NCBI GenBank assembly: GCA_964534365.1 | Contig: CAZHOI010000003.1 | Coordinates: 4,310 to 68,309, forward strand | Source: an uncultured Candidatus Saccharibacteria bacterium | GTDB taxonomy: Bacteria > Patescibacteriota > Minisyncoccia > Phycocordibacterales > SW-6-46-9 | DNA: 64,000 bases | Direction of reading: 5' to 3' | Shown: one piece after another, positions 55,710 to 64,000 of the stretch | How positions within the stretch are numbered: position 1 is the first letter of the stretch | Layout of the letters: the number at the start of each line of letters is the position of its first letter | Made by a program: the position numbers and the translations under genes | The notes under the pieces: model-generated | Database searches by the model: none | What the model saw: the letters and a program-made list of their open reading frames with translations, nothing else | What the model was told of the DNA's origin: nothing

Positions 55710-57074
55710 CTAATCTATTTTTTGAATTATCTCCACTGCATGAATGAGGCGATTAATAGATTCTTCTTTGCCCAAAATTACCAGCAGACTAATTGGATCA
55801 GGCGATCGCTCGACTCCAGATAAAGCGTACCGTAATGGCCACAATACATCACCTTTACCATTATTCTCGGCATATGGCCAAATCGCTTCTTTTAAATATT
55901 CATATTGCCAATTATCAGCTGGCGAGAATGATTGCAAAGTCTCAAGCTCCCATTTTAAATGATTGGTAGTAGCAGCGACGTCACTTTTTCGCCATACCAG
56001 ATCTTGGGCAAAATAACCAGGTTTATCAAAGAAATATTCCAGTTCCCCAGCTTCAGCCATTGCGATTATTTCCGAATAAACTGAAACTCTTTCTCGTAGT
56101 TCGGGCACTAACCTAGCCAGACGTTCGTCACTATATTGAGGCAAAGATTTGATTTCATTTGGCAAATATTCCTGAATACCAGTAAAAAACACGGCGTCCG
56201 ACAATTTTAATAGATGTTGTTTATTAACCCATTTAAGTTTTTCCTTGGAAAATATCGCGCCCGATTTTTGCACTGACTCCAAATCAAATTCCGCCATAAG
56301 CTCTTCTGGGGTAAAAATCTCTCTCTCTTGACCATCTCCGGGATGCCAACCCAGCAACATTAAATAATTAAACACCGCATTTGGCAGATAGCCTTCTTGG
56401 ATAAGTTCCTGCAAGGTAGTTGATCCGTGACGTTTAGATAGTTTGGCTTTATCAGGACCTAATACCATTGGAAGATGCGCATAAATTGGTGTTGCAGCAG
56501 CGATAGGCTCTTGAATCAGGATTTGTCTAGGTGTGTTAGATATGTGATCATCGCCTCTTATGACGTGTGTTACCCCCATTTCATAATCATCAATTACAAC
56601 AGCAAAATGATAAATTGGTTCGTCCAAGGATTTAGCGATTACAAAATCCCCCAAATCACTAGTATCGACAACTACTTCGCCCCTGATCAGATCATTAAAC
56701 TTAACTATTTTGCCTGGATTTTTTAACCTGATAACTTCATCACGCTGACTTGCCTCGGTAGGCTGTTCTTGCGATACGTAGGCACTGCCGTCTTTGATCA
56801 GACGCTCGAGATATGATCGATATACGTGCGAGCGCTCGCTTTGTCTTTGAGGTGATTGAAAGTCTTTTATTCCTAGCCACGATAGGCCTTCAATAACATA
56901 TTTTTCATAATCTTTTTTAGATCGAGCTTGATCGGTATCTTCAAATCGGACTACCATTTCGCCATTATTTTGTTTGGCAAAAATGTAATTAAATAACATT
57001 GTTCGTATATTGCCCAAATGCACTGGTCCCGTAGGACTTGGTGGAAAACGCGTAATTACATTATTACTATTCAT
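55710..57074 (-). CDS. gltX: Glutamate-tRNA ligase
   Basis: RFPPSPTG..HLGN, RFEDTD, HVIRGDDH, KLSKR. Confidence 0.95.
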   Translation of the reverse strand: MNSNNVITRFPPSPTGPVHLGNIRTMLFNYIFAKQNNGEMVVRFEDTDQARSKKDYEKYVIEGLSWLGIKDFQSPQRQSERSHVYRSYLERLIKDGSAYVSQEQPTEASQRDEVIRLKNPGKIVKFNDLIRGEVVVDTSDLGDFVIAKSLDEPIYHFAVVIDDYEMGVTHVIRGDDHISNTPRQILIQEPIAAATPIYAHLPMVLGPDKAKLSKRHGSTTLQELIQEGYLPNAVFNYLMLLGWHPGDGQEREIFTPEELMAEFDLESVQKSGAIFSKEKLKWVNKQHLLKLSDAVFFTGIQEYLPNEIKSLPQYSDERLARLVPELRERVSVYSEIIAMAEAGELEYFFDKPGYFAQDLVWRKSDVAATTNHLKWELETLQSFSPADNWQYEYLKEAIWPYAENNGKGDVLWPLRYALSGVERSPDPISLLVILGKEESINRLIHAVEIIQKID

Positions 57075-57075
57075 A

Positions 57076-58209
57076 TTAATTGTTTACAGAACTAAGCTGC
57101 AGTATTTCATTGGCTATTTTACCAGCTGCATCCGTGGGTGAGAACTTTATCGCCTTGGATTTCATTGCTTGATATTTTTGCTTGTCGTCCAAAAGCTTGG
57201 TTACCATGTTTGTTAGCACTGCTGGGGCTAGATTAGACTCTTCTACAACAATACCGGCTCCTGCATCCTGATATGCATACGCATTCAAGCGCTGATGATC
57301 ATTAACCGAATTATTAATTGGAATTACAATTGCCGGAACTTGACCTACGGCTGCTATTTCAAACAACCCCCCTGCCCCAGCCCGCGTTATGACTATATCA
57401 GCAGCCCCCAAAGCCCTTGCCATAGCTAGTTGATTCATTTTGCCAAACAAATGATATTTAGTTCGCTGATCATCATTCAGCAAGGTTTCGGTTGCTAATT
57501 TCATCTGATTAAAGTGTGTTTCCCCCACCTGGTGGATAACGTGAAAATCTTGCAACAGAACATTCAAGCCGCCTAAAACCACCTGGTTAATAGCGTTGGA
57601 TCCCTGCGATCCGCCTAAAATTAAAATCACTCCTGATTCGTCAGGAATACGCAAAAATTCACGACCACCAATTTTAGAGCCTTCAATTAACCCCTGCCGA
57701 ATCGGATTACCAACTACCGCCACATGATCATTTTCAATAAATTCAGCTGCCTCTGGCCAGGCTAGCGCGACCCGTTTTGCCCATTTAGACGTAATCAAGC
57801 TAACTCGTCCGGGTCTGATATCAGAATCGTGAATTAAAAGCGGTATTTTCAAGATCTTGCCAGCTATGGCAACTGGTAGTGCCGCATAACCGCCTTTGGA
57901 AAATATTACATCAGGATAGTAATAAAGCAGCTTGACCATGGCTTGAATAAAACCAAAAAGAAGTTTAAAAGGATCGACCAAGTTTTTAAAGGATAAATAA
58001 TTCCGCCATTTACCAGAAAATATCCGAGAGAATCGTGCATCAATCTGCGCGAGGGATTGTTCATCATATTTATCAGGACCAAAATAAATTAAATCAACTA
58101 TGTCGCTCTGCTGATTTAATTCTTCACCGACTGCTATCAAGGGATAGAAATGCCCTCCAGTACCGTGACCCACCAGCCCGATCTTGATTTTTTCTTTATC
58201 ATTCACCAT
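57076..58209 (-). CDS. murG: Lipid II GlcNAc transferase MurG
   Basis: GTGGHFYP, KGGY, GNPIR, GGSQG, RAGA, HQ..NA. Confidence 0.95.
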   Translation of the reverse strand: MVNDKEKIKIGLVGHGTGGHFYPLIAVGEELNQQSDIVDLIYFGPDKYDEQSLAQIDARFSRIFSGKWRNYLSFKNLVDPFKLLFGFIQAMVKLLYYYPDVIFSKGGYAALPVAIAGKILKIPLLIHDSDIRPGRVSLITSKWAKRVALAWPEAAEFIENDHVAVVGNPIRQGLIEGSKIGGREFLRIPDESGVILILGGSQGSNAINQVVLGGLNVLLQDFHVIHQVGETHFNQMKLATETLLNDDQRTKYHLFGKMNQLAMARALGAADIVITRAGAGGLFEIAAVGQVPAIVIPINNSVNDHQRLNAYAYQDAGAGIVVEESNLAPAVLTNMVTKLLDDKQKYQAMKSKAIKFSPTDAAGKIANEILQLSSVNN

Positions 58210-58226
58210 TTCAATTATAACCGATG

Positions 58227-59369
58227 CTAAGCGATTCGCTTTGATTTGGGTAATTTGGTAGAGGCGTTTAAAACTAAACCAACTGCTACTAAAGAAAACA
58301 TCAACGCACTACCGCCATGCGATACAAAAATTAAAGGCATTCCCGATAACGGAAACAGTCCAACCATAGCGCCCATATTGAGGACGGATTGAATAATTAT
58401 CATCGAAACCAGCCCGACCACCAGCAGTCTTTCAAATCCAGACCGTAGGTAGAGCGCTATACGTAAACCGGTTAGCGCAATTACCGCATAAAGAATTACC
58501 AGCAGTAATGAACCCAAAAAGCCAAATTCTTCCGCGTATACCGCAAAAATTGAGTCACTGATTGGTTCGGGAAGATAATTGAATTTCTGAATTGATTGCC
58601 CTGGACCGCGGCCGAATAATTTACCAGAACCTACCGCAATTAGCGATTGTTGAGTTTGATATCCCGCACCCAGCGGGTCGCTAGTAGGATTTATAAAAGT
58701 AGTCAAACGATCTTTAATATATGGGCGAGTAAAAGCCAAGGCCGATAATAATATGATTCCAGCCAACATCATGACGAGGATATGCTGCCAACGTCCCCCG
58801 GCTACTAAATATATACTTCCCACCGCTGCAATTATGATTACTGCACTACCTGTATCCGGCTGCAATAGCAAAACAAGACACGAACTGGCTAGAATTCCGA
58901 TCAACCCCCCTACCCCCAAACGCCAACTACGGACCTGATACTTCAAAAAGCTAAACCACGAAGCCGCTACTAAAACCGTACTGATTTTTAATAATTCAGC
59001 GGGTTGAAGTGTCAAAACCCCCAGATCTAACCATCTGGTAGCGCCCCCATAACTAAAGCCAAGGCCCGGTATAAATACTGCTAAAGTTAATGCAAGTGAT
59101 AAAATGAACAGTGGTACAGCCATTTCCTTTAGTTTAAGAGTAGGAATTCGATAGGCTATATAAGCAAATAACGAGCCGCCAATCAGTCCAAAAACCGCCT
59201 GGTTAATTATTAATTTAGCCAAGGAACCAGTTTCCCTAGCCTGCAATCCTAATCCAGCTGATAAAAATATTAAAAAACCAATTATGGTAACAATTGACAC
59301 TGATATAAAGAAAGGCTTGTCAAATTGAGATTTCTGCCAATAATTTAATATGCTATTTTTCTTTGTCAT
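58227..59369 (-). CDS. ftsW: SEDS family peptidoglycan polymerase FtsW
   Basis: GATRW, QPAELLK, QPDTG, LPEPISDSIFA, PLIFVSHGGS; between mraY and murG. Confidence 0.9.
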   Translation of the reverse strand: MTKKNSILNYWQKSQFDKPFFISVSIVTIIGFLIFLSAGLGLQARETGSLAKLIINQAVFGLIGGSLFAYIAYRIPTLKLKEMAVPLFILSLALTLAVFIPGLGFSYGGATRWLDLGVLTLQPAELLKISTVLVAASWFSFLKYQVRSWRLGVGGLIGILASSCLVLLLQPDTGSAVIIIAAVGSIYLVAGGRWQHILVMMLAGIILLSALAFTRPYIKDRLTTFINPTSDPLGAGYQTQQSLIAVGSGKLFGRGPGQSIQKFNYLPEPISDSIFAVYAEEFGFLGSLLLVILYAVIALTGLRIALYLRSGFERLLVVGLVSMIIIQSVLNMGAMVGLFPLSGMPLIFVSHGGSALMFSLVAVGLVLNASTKLPKSKRIA

Positions 59370-59373
59370 TTTG

Positions 59374-60441
59374 TTAACCTATTAGAGCTAGAACTAATCC
59401 CGCCAAAGCGCATATAACTGAAACTATCCAATACTTCATGGTAATTTGATAACTTGGAACACCCAAAGCTTCAAAGTGGTGATGAATTGGAGTTATTAAC
59501 CATAATTTTTTGCCAAAGAGTTTACGCCACGATAGTTGAAGTATGTTAGATAATGGCGTGATGACAAGAGGCATTGCGATTATAGGCAGCAAAAGTACCT
59601 GGTCGGTCAAAAACGCAATGGTAGTCAAACACATGGTCAAAGCCATTGTGCCCGTTTCAGTCATATAATAACGAGCTGGTGGCAAGTTAAACCACAAGAA
59701 AGCCAAGATCGAGCCCGTTATCACAAAGCACAAGGTAGCAATATTTAATTGATCCTGAACTAAGGCTATCGCCCCGTAGCTGGCAAATATTGAGGCAAAA
59801 ACCCCACCTGATAGACCGTCAATTCCATCAATAATGCCCCCAGAATAGACCGCAAGCATCGTAATTATAAAAAATGGTATCAATAATATACCTAAATTCA
59901 GATCACCTAAAAAAGGTACAAAAACATCACTAACATCCAGCCGAGTGTAAAACCAATAACCAGATAATCCACCAAATATGCCGACTAAAGCTAGACGACT
60001 TTTTAATGATAAGCCTCCGACCACTGACTTTTCTGATCCAACCACTTCCAAATAGTCATCTATTAGCCCAATTGTCGCTCCAAATAACAAAGCAAACAAC
60101 GGTATCCAAGTCTGACTGCGGGAAATGAAATCCAGTCGCGACAACAATTCATTGGAAGGTAAAATTTGTGACAATACCCATAAAATTAGTGCCACTACTA
60201 TCGTGCTTGACCAAATTACCACCCCACCCATCCGCGGAGCTGACAATTCTTTTTCATGATGTAATTTTTTAAATATTTCAGCCGGTCGCCCATCAACCGT
60301 TAGTGATTTAGAGTCTTTTTTCCACATTTTATTATCAACCAAAACCTTCAACCAAGCTGGTGCGAACAAAAGTCCAGCAGTAAAAGAAAAAATTGTGGGC
60401 AAAAATACTTTTACAATTGTAACACTAGTAATCGATAACAT
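59374..60441 (-). CDS. mraY: Phospho-N-acetylmuramoyl-pentapeptide transferase
   Basis: PRMGG, GLIDD, DGIDGL, FLWFN.PPA, PIHHHFE. Confidence 0.92.
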   Translation of the reverse strand: MLSITSVTIVKVFLPTIFSFTAGLLFAPAWLKVLVDNKMWKKDSKSLTVDGRPAEIFKKLHHEKELSAPRMGGVVIWSSTIVVALILWVLSQILPSNELLSRLDFISRSQTWIPLFALLFGATIGLIDDYLEVVGSEKSVVGGLSLKSRLALVGIFGGLSGYWFYTRLDVSDVFVPFLGDLNLGILLIPFFIITMLAVYSGGIIDGIDGLSGGVFASIFASYGAIALVQDQLNIATLCFVITGSILAFLWFNLPPARYYMTETGTMALTMCLTTIAFLTDQVLLLPIIAMPLVITPLSNILQLSWRKLFGKKLWLITPIHHHFEALGVPSYQITMKYWIVSVICALAGLVLALIG

Positions 60442-60442
60442 A

Positions 60443-61366
60443 TTAAATATTAGTTAAGTTCTCTACGTAATTATATAACTTTTGGACGTCATTAAATCTT
60501 TGTTCATAGGTTGAACCTAGAACCACTATATAAATTGGTCTGGCTGGTCCAACGCTGGCACTAATAGCCAGATTGCCTCCGGAAACAAAGGTAAATCCTG
60601 TTTTGGCACTGCCTATGTGAGGTAGTGAATTGGCAAGTTTATTAGTAGAGTTTGCCTGGTGAGTAGTAAGGTTGGTGGTGAAACTATTTGAAGCATCTCC
60701 TGATGACCGAGCCAAATCAGAATAATTTTCCTCAAAATAAATAAGTAGTTTTACAATATCTAAACTACTGGCGTAATTACTGGCCACCCTCCCATCAATT
60801 GTATCTAATCCGGTTGCATTATCCCATCTAGCATCACTAGACATACCAATTTCGTCAGCGGTTTGTGCCATTAAATCACTGAAAGGCTGCCAGACTGAAT
60901 TGGTAGTAGTTCGAGCAATGGCGCTGGCTGCATCGTTAGAGGAATTTAAAAGCATAAATTTTATCAACTGATCTAGCTGCCATACCTCCCCTATTATTAA
61001 ACCGGCATTGCCTTCGGTGTCCAAATCAGCAGCAACAATTCTAACTGATGAATTTTTATCAAGATGTTGCAAACTGGTAATAGCGGTTAATACCTTTGAA
61101 ACTGAGGCTACAGGATAAGCGACCGTGGCATCTTTGGCGTACAAAACCTGATTAGTTAATTGGTCAAATACCAGGGCGTGTTTAGCATTAATTACTGGTG
61201 GTTGTGCTTGTTGATGTACCTTTGTTTGATTAATAGTATTTTTATTCAACACCACCTCTTCTTGTTTGGCAAGAGTAGTAATAATTAGAAGTAAAATAGC
61301 CAGAATCAACGCAAAAAATAGCCAGTAATTTTTATTAATAGCTAATGACTGATATTTTTTAATCAT
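60443..61366 (-). CDS. D-Ala-D-Ala carboxypeptidase (S11)
   Basis: SVSK (SxxK), SSN (SxN), KTG. Confidence 0.88.
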   Translation of the reverse strand: MIKKYQSLAINKNYWLFFALILAILLLIITTLAKQEEVVLNKNTINQTKVHQQAQPPVINAKHALVFDQLTNQVLYAKDATVAYPVASVSKVLTAITSLQHLDKNSSVRIVAADLDTEGNAGLIIGEVWQLDQLIKFMLLNSSNDAASAIARTTTNSVWQPFSDLMAQTADEIGMSSDARWDNATGLDTIDGRVASNYASSLDIVKLLIYFEENYSDLARSSGDASNSFTTNLTTHQANSTNKLANSLPHIGSAKTGFTFVSGGNLAISASVGPARPIYIVVLGSTYEQRFNDVQKLYNYVENLTNI

Positions 61367-61880
61367 CAGACTGTTCTACCAAATCACTTAGTTTCATTTT
61401 AATGACATCCTTGTCTGCTAAAGAGTCGTCTCCTAAAATTCCTAATTGTTTTTTAGCCTCGGCACTCAGCCATAACTTATCATCAATTCTATCTATATAA
61501 CCACGGCGAATTAATTTCTTTATTGTTCTGGCAGATTTAACGCCTCTGATTTTATCCACCTGGACATCACTTAAGCCCTCTAGATAAGCAACTACCGATA
61601 ATGTCTCCATTACTGCGGGTGTAAAAGTAGACTCTTGTTTGGCAGTGTCTAGTTTTTGAATTAATTCCTCGTCTTCGATGTGAGCAACAAGCTGAACCTC
61701 TTGCTGGGATAACACTATCCTTAAACCACGATTTTCATACTCGTTAATTAACTCCTCAATAGTAGATTTGATCTTCTCTGGATTCTTGGTAGTTAAGCTA
61801 GCTATTTTTTTTATCGTAATTGGTTCGTTATAGAAAAAAAGTAAAGCTTCAATTTGATATTTAAGTTTGTTAGATGCCAT
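61359..61880 (-). CDS. scpB: SMC-Scp complex subunit ScpB
   Basis: IEALLF, ETLSVVAY, IRGV. Confidence 0.85.
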   Translation of the reverse strand: MASNKLKYQIEALLFFYNEPITIKKIASLTTKNPEKIKSTIEELINEYENRGLRIVLSQQEVQLVAHIEDEELIQKLDTAKQESTFTPAVMETLSVVAYLEGLSDVQVDKIRGVKSARTIKKLIRRGYIDRIDDKLWLSAEAKKQLGILGDDSLADKDVIKMKLSDLVEQSDD

Positions 61881-62595
61881 ATCTTGGAGTAGTTATTGTT
61901 CCATATTGTAACATCTTGTCGCCGTTATCATCATCGCGTAATGAAATGACATTTTGTTTTAGCAACTCTAGTAGCGCAATAAAATGAACTACTTTATCTT
62001 GTGAAGGCATATCGGCAGGTATGATGCTATCCAGATCAGCTTCACCCAAAGTAAGTAATCGTCTCTCGATTGTATCAATAGTAGTTTTCAAGTTAGCTAA
62101 TTTTTTAACTGCCACTTTGGCAAATGTTTCTTCTCGGGGATCGTCCTCACACAATTGTATTGCCAGGTTTTTTAATGCTTTAGTATTTACATTTGTGGCT
62201 GGAACAAAACCAGATGGAACTGATGTCGGTTTTTCAATAGCACTCAGTAGAAAGTCATTATCAATACTGATTGATTCGACCACCTGCGACAAGACCTCCA
62301 CCCGTTGCAAATCTGCCTCGAATCTAGCAATCGTTTCCTCGTCATCAGTTCCCAATACCTCTTTAGGTAAAAGGGCTTTGGTTTTAATTAATAATAATAC
62401 TGACATCACTCGTACAAAATCTGATAATTCCGCCATATCTTCTTCGCGAGAATCTAGGTAGGTTGAAAAATCATCAACAATTTGAACCAAATTGACATCC
62501 GATACGTGCAATTTACGTTTTCGTAACAGGAAAATAACAGTCTCTAGAGGGCCTTGATATTTTTCCTGTTGAACTTTAAAGCTATCCTTGGTCAT
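61870..62595 (-). CDS. scpA: Segregation/condensation protein ScpA
   Basis: YQGPLE, IKTKALLP, FIALLEL. Confidence 0.85.
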   Translation of the reverse strand: MTKDSFKVQQEKYQGPLETVIFLLRKRKLHVSDVNLVQIVDDFSTYLDSREEDMAELSDFVRVMSVLLLIKTKALLPKEVLGTDDEETIARFEADLQRVEVLSQVVESISIDNDFLLSAIEKPTSVPSGFVPATNVNTKALKNLAIQLCEDDPREETFAKVAVKKLANLKTTIDTIERRLLTLGEADLDSIIPADMPSQDKVVHFIALLELLKQNVISLRDDDNGDKMLQYGTITTPRYGI

Positions 62596-64000
62596 TCTCT
62601 TTTTTGCTAATTTCAAGACCCAGTTCATTTAATTGAGATTGATTGATTGAGGCTGGCGATTCCATCATCGGGTCTCTTCCCTCTCCTGTTTTAGGAAAAG
62701 CAATCACTTCACGAATATTTGGTTCGCTCATCAGCAATGAAACTAATCGATCAAGCCCCCAGGCTATTCCACCGTGAGGAGGCGTTCCTTGTTCAAAAGC
62801 TGCTAACATATGCCTAAAGTCTTTATTAATTGTATCTTCATCAAGTCCAATTATTTCTAGAACTGCCTTTAGCTCCACAACGTTATGAGCACGAATTGAA
62901 CCGCCGCCGATCTCGTAACCATTTAAAACAATGTCATATTGAGTCGTCTTTATATCAGCTATGTTTTTTTTACTTAGTAAATCTTCTTTATGCTCTGAAA
63001 CGGGGCTAGAAAAAGGATTATGGGTAAAAGTCCATTCGGCACCATCAACGACCACGTCATCTGTGCTTGCAGTTTTCTCGAAAAATGGAAAGTCAATAAT
63101 CCAACAAAAAGCTAGTTCATCTGGATCGTCAGTATTTTGACGTAGATCAGGACGATCACTACCATATTTTTCCATAGCTTCCTTATATGACAATCTAGGA
63201 AAAGGCGTTTCTTTAATTTTTTTGTTGGGATACAAGCTTTTCACTAGTTTGATTAATAGTGCTTCGTTTAAAGCCATGACGTCTTCACGATCAACAAAAC
63301 TCATTTCCATATCAAGTTGAGTAAATTCGGGTTGACGATCCTTGCGTGAATCCTCGTCACGCAAACACTTAGCTATTTGGTAATAACGCTCGATCCCGCC
63401 AGCCATTAGCAGCTGTTTATATTGTTGAGGTGACTGAGGTAACGCATAGAAATCGCCTGGATATTGCCTAGAAGGCACAACAAAATCGCGAGCTCCTTCT
63501 GGAGTGGATTTTGTCAATAATGGTGTCTCGACTTCTACAAAATCTTTTTCATTTAAAAACGCGCGAATATAATTAGCGATTCTTGATCTCTCCCTTAAGT
63601 TTCTTTGCAGCCGAGGTCTGCGCATGTCCAAATAACGATATTTCAAACGATGTTCTTCACCAATTTCATACCCATCGGTTGTCACATCAAAAGGTGGGGT
63701 TTTAGATTGGTTTAAAACTTTAATTTCTAGAACTTCAATTTCTAGATCACCATTTAGCTGATCGTCATTAACCATCCGTTCTGGTCGTTGATTAACCTTG
63801 CCTTTTATTTCTACCACCCATTCAGGCCGCAAGTCATTACCAACCTTTAAAGCTTGTTCATGATTAGGCAATACCACGCATTGGACATAGCCACCGCGAT
63901 CCCTTAAATCAAAAAATATTAGTTTGCCATGATCTCGACGATTATCCACCCATCCTTTCAATGTAATTTCTTTATCCAGCTGATCGTGTAATTGCGAAGT
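62582..64000 (-). CDS. aspS: Aspartate-tRNA ligase (start lies beyond the window)
   Basis: RDHGKLIFFDLRD, STPEGARD, LPQSPQ, RDED, QPEFTQLD, GGGSIR, PPHGG; frame open to the window edge. Confidence 0.95.
   Translation of the reverse strand, partial: TSQLHDQLDKEITLKGWVDNRRDHGKLIFFDLRDRGGYVQCVVLPNHEQALKVGNDLRPEWVVEIKGKVNQRPERMVNDDQLNGDLEIEVLEIKVLNQSKTPPFDVTTDGYEIGEEHRLKYRYLDMRRPRLQRNLRERSRIANYIRAFLNEKDFVEVETPLLTKSTPEGARDFVVPSRQYPGDFYALPQSPQQYKQLLMAGGIERYYQIAKCLRDEDSRKDRQPEFTQLDMEMSFVDREDVMALNEALLIKLVKSLYPNKKIKETPFPRLSYKEAMEKYGSDRPDLRQNTDDPDELAFCWIIDFPFFEKTASTDDVVVDGAEWTFTHNPFSSPVSEHKEDLLSKKNIADIKTTQYDIVLNGYEIGGGSIRAHNVVELKAVLEIIGLDEDTINKDFRHMLAAFEQGTPPHGGIAWGLDRLVSLLMSEPNIREVIAFPKTGEGRDPMMESPASINQSQLNELGLEISKKENDQG

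Overview
AT-rich bacterial chromosome segment read with the standard code (TGA is used as a stop). The reduced gene forms (short IF2, AspRS without the GAD insert, short DnaX, Rel truncated after TGS) and the scarcity of Shine-Dalgarno motifs suggest Patescibacteria/CPR, probably Parcubacteria (inference). Housekeeping content: nrdB/nrdA, a 2-hydroxyacid dehydrogenase-glycerate kinase-eno/pyk module, rbfA, infB, iscS, clpB, rpmG, miaA, murA/murB, parB, rel, topA, dprA, serS, dus, dnaX, lemA/htpX, an ECF sigma/anti-sigma pair, a LexA-UmuD/UmuC cassette, gltX, murG-ftsW-mraY, scpAB, partial aspS and 8 tRNAs. The strongest unexplained signal is a tandem array of ~200-630 bp cassettes behind tRNA-Gln(CTG). 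The cassettes are separated by in-register 30-bp sites that end in the tRNA's own 3' TAGC and read antisense as a conserved peptide tail, LAVW(N/Y)(D/E/Q)VRT(F/L)I-stop, with mostly synonymous variation. Related sites occur behind tRNA-Gln(TTG) and tRNA-Ser(GGA), and no recombinase gene is visible in the window. Other signals: palindrome-seeded repeat tracts at cargo truncation points, 5'-end tRNA duplications, a GIY-YIG gene framed by tRNA-overlapping inverted repeats, a circularly permuted DsbA, a candidate symmetric dif site and an unannotated bS22-like peptide. All calls come from reading the sequence by eye; no searches were run.
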